Of a stretch of 64,000 nucleotides of DNA, positions 44,597-52,523 are shown one piece after another. The stretch's first letter is position 1. Each line of letters starts with the position of its first letter. The position numbers and the translations under genes were made by a program. Source of the stretch: Pyrinomonadaceae bacterium (lineage in GTDB: Bacteria; Acidobacteriota; Blastocatellia; Pyrinomonadales; Pyrinomonadaceae); the NCBI GenBank assembly GCA_021463165.1, contig JAJTWY010000011.1:4072-68071 (forward strand), given 5' to 3'. Under the pieces are notes generated by a model. The model searched no databases, was not told the DNA's origin, and was given only the letters and a program-made list of their open reading frames with translations.

Positions 44597-44969
44597 TTAT
44601 ATTCTAGACGCCTCGGCCGTTCTTGCGGTACTTCAAGCCGAAGAAGGCGCCGATAAGGCGACGATGTATTTTGATAGCGGGGCTATCTCAACGGTCAATG
44701 TGGCCGAGGTACTGACCAAGCTAATAGAGAAAGGCAATGATCCCGTGAAAGCGGTCGAGGTCTTTGATCTGCTCCAACTCAATGTTATTGAGTTTGATCG
44801 GGAGCATGCCAGAAAAGCGGCTGAATTGAGGCCTTTAACAAAACATCTCGGATTGTCTCTCGGCGACCGAAGTTGTCTCGCTGTCGCCATTATTAATGAT
44901 GCGACGAGTGTTACTGCGGATCGGGACTGGAAGGGTCTTACTTTTTGTCCGATCGCTGTCATTCGGTGA
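44589..44969 (+). CDS. vapC: PIN domain toxin VapC
   Basis: 126 aa. YILDASAVLAVL, NVAEV and SLGDRSCLA fit the PIN acidic residues. Confidence 0.8.
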   Translation: MSDYILDASAVLAVLQAEEGADKATMYFDSGAISTVNVAEVLTKLIEKGNDPVKAVEVFDLLQLNVIEFDREHARKAAELRPLTKHLGLSLGDRSCLAVAIINDATSVTADRDWKGLTFCPIAVIR

Positions 44970-46621
44970 TGCGCGTAACAATCGCCCAGATCAATACCAC
45001 CAACGGCGACATTGCCGGGAACATTTCGAAGATCGTCGCCGCAATCGAAAAGGCGAAGAGCGACGGCTCGGACCTGGTCGTTTTCCCTGAGGTTGTAACC
45101 CACGGATATACGTCGCAGGACTGGTTTCAGGACGCGGACATTATCGAGAATGTCGGTGAGCCGCTGCGTGATATTATTCCCGTAACTAAAGGCATCACGG
45201 CGGTTATCGGGACGATCAGAAAGAACGAGGACGGTGACGGGCGGCGTTTGTATAATGCGGCGGCGGTCGTCTCTGATGGCGAACTGCTGGGATTTGCGGA
45301 CAAGACGCTGCTGCCGGAATACGATGTTTTCGACGATCCGAGATATTTCGAGCCGAGCGAGAAGCGGCGGCTGTTCGAAGGAAAGGGCGTCAAGCTTGGC
45401 GTAGTCGTTTGCGAGGATTTCTGGAACGACAAAACCTTTTGGAAGGAGCGGCTTTACGAGAGCGATCCGACCGATGAGGTGATCGCGATGGGGGCGGACA
45501 TCATCGTTTCCGTCAACGCGTCGCCGTATAACAAGGGCAAGATCAAGCTGCGGTGCGACATGGTCGCACACCGCGCGAAGCTGCAGAAGAAACCGATCGT
45601 TTTCGTCAATCTCGTCGGCGGGAACGACGGGATCGTCTTCGATGGGGCGAGCCTCATCGCGGACGAGGAAGGCGACATTATCCTTCAGGCCGCGGCCTTC
45701 GAGGAGTTTGTCGAGACGGTCGAACTCGATGTGCGAAAGCCTGATGCGCGTGGGATAACCGGCGGCGAGATCGACGCGATCCACAAAGCCCTAGTTCTTG
45801 GGATACGTGATTATGCGGCAAAGAACGGATTCAAGAAAGCTGTTTTGGGGCTTTCCGGCGGCATCGATTCCGCGCTTGTGGCGACGCTTGCCTGCGAGGC
45901 GATCGGTGCAGAAAACCTGCTTTGCGTGATGATGCCATCACCGTTCTCGTCCGCCGGAAGCATCGGGGACAGTGAGGAATTGGTTAGGAATCTTGGCTGC
46001 GATAGCCGTATCGAGCCGATCTCAGATGCATTCGAGGTGCTTGTTGACCAGCTCGATCTAAAAACCCCGACAAAAGGCGGCGAATCGCTGGCGGCCGAGA
46101 ACCTGCAATCGCGCCTTCGGGGCGTGATCCTAATGGCCATTTCAAATGCGGAAGGGAGGCTTTTGCTCTCGACCGGAAACAAAAGCGAGCTTGCGGTTGG
46201 CTACTGCACGCTTTATGGTGACACGAACGGCGGCCTTGCCGTACTTGGCGATGTCCTAAAGACCGAGGTCTGGCAGATCGCCCGGCATATAAACGAAAAA
46301 GCCGGACACGAGGTCATTCCCAACCGGATCATCGACAAAAAACCGTCGGCCGAACTTGCCCCGAATCAGTTCGACCAGGATTCGCTGCCGCCCTATGAGG
46401 TTATGGATCCGATCCTGAAGATGTATTTCGAGCAGAAGGCCTCGCCTAGCGAGATCATTGCCGCGGGGCATGACCGCGATCGTGTTTACTGGATCCTTAA
46501 CAAGGTCGAACACCCTGCAAACGAATTCAAACGTCAGCAGCTGCCGCCGACGCTGATCATCTCAAAGAATGCGATCGGTATCGGCAGGCGAAGACCGATC
46601 ACGCACAAATATCGAAGATAG
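44969..46621 (+). CDS. nadE: glutamine-dependent NAD+ synthetase (CN-hydrolase plus NAD synthase domains)
   Basis: MRVTIAQIN... FPE (Glu), the catalytic Cys context VVVCEDFW, and SGGIDSALV. The ATG shares its A with the vapC stop (TGATG). Confidence 0.9.
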   Translation: MRVTIAQINTTNGDIAGNISKIVAAIEKAKSDGSDLVVFPEVVTHGYTSQDWFQDADIIENVGEPLRDIIPVTKGITAVIGTIRKNEDGDGRRLYNAAAVVSDGELLGFADKTLLPEYDVFDDPRYFEPSEKRRLFEGKGVKLGVVVCEDFWNDKTFWKERLYESDPTDEVIAMGADIIVSVNASPYNKGKIKLRCDMVAHRAKLQKKPIVFVNLVGGNDGIVFDGASLIADEEGDIILQAAAFEEFVETVELDVRKPDARGITGGEIDAIHKALVLGIRDYAAKNGFKKAVLGLSGGIDSALVATLACEAIGAENLLCVMMPSPFSSAGSIGDSEELVRNLGCDSRIEPISDAFEVLVDQLDLKTPTKGGESLAAENLQSRLRGVILMAISNAEGRLLLSTGNKSELAVGYCTLYGDTNGGLAVLGDVLKTEVWQIARHINEKAGHEVIPNRIIDKKPSAELAPNQFDQDSLPPYEVMDPILKMYFEQKASPSEIIAAGHDRDRVYWILNKVEHPANEFKRQQLPPTLIISKNAIGIGRRRPITHKYRR

Positions 46622-46817
46622 CGTCGAAGATTTTTCTTTTATTCAGTGAGAGCGGTGCGTTACAATTCTACTGTGTGGGCGATCTCCCAGAAGACCCCGG
46701 CAAACCCCGCGCGTTTCGCGCATAAATAACTGAAAATAAGGGTCGATTGAGACTTTTTTTCCTGCGAAGAAGCCGCGCTTGCCGGTATTCTCTATGTTCT
46801 TCGGTGCCGCGAAGACT

Positions 46818-47846
46818 ATGGAAACAGCTAGAAGTACGCAAACTGAACGCGATCGAGCGAGGGGCCGGGTGTCTCCGGTTGTCTCCATCGTCACGCCCGC
46901 ATACAACGTTGCCAAATATATTCTGACGACAGGAAAGTCGGTCTTTGAACAGACTTTTCGGGATTTCGAGTGGATCGTCGTAAACGACGGCTCGCCCGAC
47001 ACGGTCGAGCTTGAGGATGCACTAAAACCATTCATCGATCGGATCGTCTATCTCAAGCAGCCTAACGCGGGTGCGAGTATCGCAAGGAACACAGGCATCA
47101 GGGCGGCACGTGGCCGATATATTGCTTTCCTCGACGGCGATGATATATGGGATCCCAGGTATCTCGGACGGCAGGTCACGTTCCTCGAGGAGAACGATCT
47201 TGACATGGTCTATTGCGACGCGGCACTCTTCGGCATGGCCGACGGGCTCGGCGAAACATTTATGGTGAATGCCCCGTCGAATGGCCCGGTAACTGTCGAT
47301 TCTCTGCTCGATCTTCGGTGCAATGTGATCACCTCGGGGACCGTTGCGAAACGTGAGACGGTGATAGATGCGGGGGCCTTTGAGGATGCCCGGGTTCAGG
47401 GCGAGGACTTTCATTTGTGGGTGCGGATCGCTCATAACGGGCGTCGGATAGGCTATCAGAGAGATGTTTTGCTGAAATACCGCGTCAGCAATGTAAGCTT
47501 TTCGGGCGATGCAGTAAACCGGGTTATCCGAGCCATTGATGTGTTCAAACGGCTCGACTCAGCCCTCGAATTGACTCCCGCACAACGCTCGATCATCAAA
47601 CGCCGTATCGAATGTTTCGAGGCCGACCTGGGCATTGCGAGAGGGAAGGCCTCACTCCTGGCTGGGGATTTTATCGGTGCCCGCGAGGCATTCAACCGGG
47701 CGAACCGTTTTCGCTGGTCGACGAAAGTGGCTGCCGTCTCCGCCGGTCTGATGATCGCACCACGGACGATCCTGAAATTGTATTTGAAAAGCAACGCTCC
47801 CGATATTGAATTTGCGCCCGGAATTGAGAAAGGCTCGCTGAATTAA
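46818..47846 (+). CDS. glycosyltransferase family 2
   Basis: VSIVTPAYNVAKYI, the VNDGSPD motif and the FLDGDD (DxD) motif. Alternative starts are at 46779 (TTG) and 46794. Confidence 0.85.
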   Translation: METARSTQTERDRARGRVSPVVSIVTPAYNVAKYILTTGKSVFEQTFRDFEWIVVNDGSPDTVELEDALKPFIDRIVYLKQPNAGASIARNTGIRAARGRYIAFLDGDDIWDPRYLGRQVTFLEENDLDMVYCDAALFGMADGLGETFMVNAPSNGPVTVDSLLDLRCNVITSGTVAKRETVIDAGAFEDARVQGEDFHLWVRIAHNGRRIGYQRDVLLKYRVSNVSFSGDAVNRVIRAIDVFKRLDSALELTPAQRSIIKRRIECFEADLGIARGKASLLAGDFIGAREAFNRANRFRWSTKVAAVSAGLMIAPRTILKLYLKSNAPDIEFAPGIEKGSLN

Positions 47847-47867
47847 GTAATTGGCGGTATTCCGAAG

Positions 47868-49460
47868 TTGGATAAGAACGAGAAGAAAACTCAATCACTG
47901 AAAGAACAGAGTGCCTGGCTGTTGGCGGCCAAGGTGATCGGTTTTGCGCTCAGCTTTGTGCTGCCGCTGCTGATCGTTCGTGCCCTAAGTCAGGAGGACG
48001 TCGGCCATTACCGTGAAGCCTTTCAGGTGATCACCAACGCAGTGATCATCTTGCCGCTCGGTTTTTCAATGAGCGCCTACTACTTTCTGGCTCGTGAAGA
48101 AGAGCGGCGGTCGGCTGCAGTATTTAACATCCTGATCTTCAATTTCGTTGTTGGCGGGTTGGCAGCGTTGACCCTTTTTCTGTTCCCGGGGCTGATCGGT
48201 GATTTCTTTAAGGCTCCGGAGCTGACGGAATCGGGGCCGTTGATCGGCGTGTTGATCTGGATATCCATCTTTGCGGCGTTTCTCGAAACGGTCGCCATCG
48301 CTAATTCTGAGGCGAGGATGGCGACGTATTTCATTGTGTTCGCCTCGTTTTCCAAGACCCTGCTGATGGGCGGAGCGGTCCTGTTGGTTGCGTCTGTCCG
48401 CGGCATTGTGTTCGCGGCCCTGATCCAGGCCGGCATTCAAACCATCATCCTGCTTCTTTATCTGAGGTCGCGCTTTCCGGGATTCTGGAGAACCTTCACG
48501 CCCGGCTTCTTCATTGAGCAGGCAAAATATGCCATTCCCTTTGGGCTGACGGCGATAATCTGGCTGGCGCAAAATGATATCCACAACTACTTTGTCGGCT
48601 ACAAATTTTCATCGGCCGAATTCGCGATATATGCCTACGGATGTTTTCAGCTGCCCCTGGTCGTGATGCTCGCGGATTCGGTAGCCTCGGTGCTGATCCC
48701 GCATATGAACACCCTCCAGCGAAGCGGTGACCGGGACGAGATGATCCGGCTTACCATTCGGGCGATGCAGAAGCTTGCGTTGGTGTACTTCCCGCTCTAT
48801 GTGTTCCTGATGATCACCGCGGGCACATTCATCACTACCCTTTTTACTCACAATTACGACGCGAGCGTGCCGATCTTTATGATCAATCTGACGATGATCC
48901 CGTTCGGGATCCTCATCACCGATCCGATCGTGCGTTCGTATAAGGAATTGGGCCGGTTTTTCCTTTTGACGCGGACGTTTGTATTCGCCGCGTTGGTCGC
49001 GGTCTTATATTTTTACCTCGATCAGCTTGGACTGGTCGGTATCATTGCCGTTGCGGTCGGAGCCCTTTTGGTCGAGAAATTCATCTGCGAAGGGATGGTG
49101 ATAAAAAAACTCGGTGTTGGCCTGAACCATCTGCCGCTGCTGAAGAATGTAGGGAAGACCGCTGTGGTAAGCATCGTCGCGGGATTTGTTACATATTTTG
49201 TTTACTCGAACCTCCACGTCTATCTTGAACGCGTCGGCGAACACTTCGCGGAGGAGACTTTTCATACGACACAGTTGAGTACGCTGAATTTCTTTGGCGG
49301 CAGCCTGGTTCTGCTCATTTCGGCGGCGGTCTTCGGGCCGATCTATCTGCTCGGGGCAAATCTGTGTGGTTTGATCGAAGACGATGAGAAAGAGCTCGTC
49401 AGAAAATACGTGAGGAGGTTGCTGCCGGGACGACGAACAGCGGTCGTTGCGGATTCCTAG
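47868..49460 (+). CDS. polysaccharide flippase, MOP superfamily (Wzx-like)
   Basis: 530 aa with about 12-14 TM helices. It sits in the EPS locus between GT2 and asnB. Confidence 0.75.
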   Translation: MDKNEKKTQSLKEQSAWLLAAKVIGFALSFVLPLLIVRALSQEDVGHYREAFQVITNAVIILPLGFSMSAYYFLAREEERRSAAVFNILIFNFVVGGLAALTLFLFPGLIGDFFKAPELTESGPLIGVLIWISIFAAFLETVAIANSEARMATYFIVFASFSKTLLMGGAVLLVASVRGIVFAALIQAGIQTIILLLYLRSRFPGFWRTFTPGFFIEQAKYAIPFGLTAIIWLAQNDIHNYFVGYKFSSAEFAIYAYGCFQLPLVVMLADSVASVLIPHMNTLQRSGDRDEMIRLTIRAMQKLALVYFPLYVFLMITAGTFITTLFTHNYDASVPIFMINLTMIPFGILITDPIVRSYKELGRFFLLTRTFVFAALVAVLYFYLDQLGLVGIIAVAVGALLVEKFICEGMVIKKLGVGLNHLPLLKNVGKTAVVSIVAGFVTYFVYSNLHVYLERVGEHFAEETFHTTQLSTLNFFGGSLVLLISAAVFGPIYLLGANLCGLIEDDEKELVRKYVRRLLPGRRTAVVADS

Positions 49461-49464
49461 AACG

Positions 49465-51345
49465 ATGTGCGGAATAGCCGGATTTATAGCCTCTGACTCA
49501 GGGCGACGCGCGGAGCGGGAAGCTCTGCTTGACGCGATGTGCAGGGAGATCGTCCACCGCGGACCTGACGAGCAGGGAACTGCGATCGAAGGGCGAGCTG
49601 CCATGGGCATGCGTCGGCTCTCCATCATCGATCTGGCGACCGGTCAGCAGCCGATCTACAATTCAGATCGAACCAAGCTGATCGTTTTTAACGGCGAGAT
49701 CTACAATTATCGCGAGTTGAAGAACGAGCTGGAGGGCCGCGGCTACAGGTTCCGTACGAATTCAGATACTGAGACCATCATTCATGCATTCGAAGAATTC
49801 GGCCCGGCGTGCCTCGACCGGCTTCGAGGGATGTTTGCCTTTGCGATCTGGGATCAGAAGAACGAAAGCCTGTTCCTCGCTCGCGACCGTGTCGGCAAAA
49901 AGCCGCTGTTCTATTCGATCGTGGGCGACGAGTTGGTCTTTGGTTCCGAGATCAAGGTTTTGCTAAAACATCCCGCGGTGAACCGGGAACTCGACCATGG
50001 GGCGCTCGATGCCTATTTGACCTTCGGTTACGTTCCTGAAGAATTGTGTATCCTGAGAGGCATTCAAAAGCTCGAACCCGGCCATTTTCTAACCTTTAAC
50101 GGTCGAGAAGCCGTCAAAACGCGCTATTGGGATTTCGACTATTCACGCGAAACGCTGGATGGACCCGAGGACAAGATAGCGGACGACCTGCTCGAAAAAC
50201 TCACGGAAGCGGTCAGGGTCAGGCTGATCTCAGAAGTCCCGCTTGGTGCATTCCTTTCGGGCGGTATCGATTCGAGCGTGGTCGTCGGGTTGATGTCACG
50301 CATCCTGGATAAGCCGGTCAAGACCTTCTCGATCGGATTTAGCGAGGACAGCTTTAACGAACTCAAATTCGCCAGGAAGGCTGCCAGCCATTTCAGGACA
50401 GAGCATCACGAGTTCATGATCACGCCGGATTCGTTCGACATCGTGGATGACCTCGTATGGCATTTTGACGAGCCATTCGCTGATCCAAGCTCACTGCCGA
50501 CGTTCATGCTGTCGAAGATGGCTCGCGAGCACGTGACGGTCGCGCTTTCCGGCGATGGCGGCGACGAATTGTTTGCAGGCTATACACGATACGTCACCGA
50601 CCGTGACCGAAGTGCCTTTGGCCGGCTGCCTGAAAGTGTTCGCTCGCGAATGCTGCGCCCGCTCAGCGAGGCCCTGCCGCAGGGAACTCGCGGCAAGAAC
50701 TATCTTTTCAATATCTCGCTCGATGCGGCCGGCCGGTATATCGATTCGATCTCACATTTTAACGGGCCAAACCGGCGCAAGCTCCTATCATCCGAAGTTC
50801 GCGGAAAGATGAACGGAACATTCGGTAGCGGCGACAAACTCTTTCGGGAGATCGCTGAAACTTCTGGCGCATCGGATCCGATCGATAATCTTCTTTATCT
50901 TGACAGCAAGACCTACCTTCCCGGTGACATCCTCACAAAGGTCGATCGTATGAGTATGGCATCGTCTCTTGAGACGCGAAGCCCGCTGCTGGACCAGGAA
51001 TTGATCGATCACGCGACCCGAATTCCATCGTCGTTGAAACTGAAAGGTCACGAGACAAAGTACATTTTCAAAAAAGCCGTCGAGGAGATCGTTCCGGGCG
51101 ATATCCTGAATCGCGAAAAGCAAGGATTCGGTGTTCCGATCGGTGACTGGATAAATGCGCAGTTGAGAGAACGCATCATCGGCGATCTCTCCGACCGACG
51201 GACGGCCGAGCGGGGTTACTTCGACGCAAAGTATGTGAAGCTGGTGATCGACGAGCATAGCCGCGGCCGCCGCGATCATTCACACGCGTTGTGGACGCTT
51301 TGGATGCTGGAGCTTTGGCACCGCCGATACATCGACAATAAATAA
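49465..51345 (+). CDS. asnB: asparagine synthase (glutamine-hydrolysing) family amidotransferase, paralog 1
   Basis: MCGIAG N-terminal nucleophile, RGPD, NGEIYN and the SGGIDSS PP-loop. Confidence 0.88.
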   Translation: MCGIAGFIASDSGRRAEREALLDAMCREIVHRGPDEQGTAIEGRAAMGMRRLSIIDLATGQQPIYNSDRTKLIVFNGEIYNYRELKNELEGRGYRFRTNSDTETIIHAFEEFGPACLDRLRGMFAFAIWDQKNESLFLARDRVGKKPLFYSIVGDELVFGSEIKVLLKHPAVNRELDHGALDAYLTFGYVPEELCILRGIQKLEPGHFLTFNGREAVKTRYWDFDYSRETLDGPEDKIADDLLEKLTEAVRVRLISEVPLGAFLSGGIDSSVVVGLMSRILDKPVKTFSIGFSEDSFNELKFARKAASHFRTEHHEFMITPDSFDIVDDLVWHFDEPFADPSSLPTFMLSKMAREHVTVALSGDGGDELFAGYTRYVTDRDRSAFGRLPESVRSRMLRPLSEALPQGTRGKNYLFNISLDAAGRYIDSISHFNGPNRRKLLSSEVRGKMNGTFGSGDKLFREIAETSGASDPIDNLLYLDSKTYLPGDILTKVDRMSMASSLETRSPLLDQELIDHATRIPSSLKLKGHETKYIFKKAVEEIVPGDILNREKQGFGVPIGDWINAQLRERIIGDLSDRRTAERGYFDAKYVKLVIDEHSRGRRDHSHALWTLWMLELWHRRYIDNK

Positions 51346-52523
51346 TGCTGCCCGAAAACTACACAAACCTCGAAAGACTGAGATCGAACCTGCCTTGGCT
51401 GGTTCGGTATCCGTTTGTGCGAACCCGGGCATTTCTTGAACGGACGGCGTTCGAGAGAAAACATATCATCATCACTGTCGCAAACCACTTCGAGCCCGCG
51501 TGGAGCGAAAACGGGTTTCTTGATCACAAAACCCAGGTCCAAAGGCTTATCGAGTACCGAAAAGCATTTCGCACACAGGCCGGAACGGTCCTGGACACAG
51601 ACGGAACTCCGTTTCGCCACACCAATTTTTATCCAGCGGAGCAATACGATCGCGAACTGCTGGAGATCATGGCGGAGATGCAGGAAGAAGGACTCGGCGA
51701 GGTTGAAGTGCATCTTCACCACGAAGGTGACGAACCGGACACGCCGGAGAACTTTGAGCGTACCGTCGTTACGTTTCGCGACATCCTGGCTGATCGACAC
51801 AGATGTCTCTCGCGGCTGGACGGCCGGGGTGGGCCGATGTACGCCTTTGTTCACGGAAATCTTGCATTGGCGAATTCCTGCGGCGGACGTTTTTGCGGCG
51901 TCGATAACGAAATGCAGATCCTGCAGGATACAGGCTGTTATGCCGATATGACGCTGCCATCGGCCCCTGACGAGTCGCAGGTTCCCGTGATCAACCGGAT
52001 CTATGAATGTGGAAATCCGCTTGATCAGGCCGTGCCTCACAGGTCGGGGACTCGCGTTTCGGCAAATGGAAAGGATCCTCTATTACCGTTGATATTCACT
52101 GGGCCGCTTGTCCTGAATTGGACGCGGCGTATGGCTGGTTTGCCGCTGCCGCGAATTGATGACGGCGCGTTGGCGGCGAACCAGCCCCTCGATCTTGCGC
52201 GTTTTGGACGCTGGAGATCGGCGAACATTACTGTTGACGGCCGGCCCGATTGGATATTCATCAAGCTCTACTGCCACGGCTTTTTCGATCACGACCAGGC
52301 CGTATCCATAGGGGAAGACGCCAAACGGTTCTTTAGCGAGCTAATGGAATATTCGACCAGAAGGGGAGATATGGATATTCACTTCGCATCGGCTCGCGAG
52401 GCTTTTAATATGGTTCTTGCCGCCATCGACGGACACGGCGGCAACCCGAACGATTTTCGAGACCACAGGCTGCAGTCGATAATGAAGACGCCGATATCGG
52501 CCGAGGCGGTGGTTTCGGTATGA
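51345..52523 (+). CDS. hypothetical protein (392 aa), His-rich motifs; possible metal-dependent hydrolase/deacetylase-type enzyme
   Basis: It is translationally coupled on both sides (TAATG upstream, ATGA downstream). Motifs are HFEPAW, EVHLHHEGDEPD, FVHGNLALAN and LYCHGFFDHD. I recognised no family. Confidence 0.5.
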   Translation: MLPENYTNLERLRSNLPWLVRYPFVRTRAFLERTAFERKHIIITVANHFEPAWSENGFLDHKTQVQRLIEYRKAFRTQAGTVLDTDGTPFRHTNFYPAEQYDRELLEIMAEMQEEGLGEVEVHLHHEGDEPDTPENFERTVVTFRDILADRHRCLSRLDGRGGPMYAFVHGNLALANSCGGRFCGVDNEMQILQDTGCYADMTLPSAPDESQVPVINRIYECGNPLDQAVPHRSGTRVSANGKDPLLPLIFTGPLVLNWTRRMAGLPLPRIDDGALAANQPLDLARFGRWRSANITVDGRPDWIFIKLYCHGFFDHDQAVSIGEDAKRFFSELMEYSTRRGDMDIHFASAREAFNMVLAAIDGHGGNPNDFRDHRLQSIMKTPISAEAVVSV

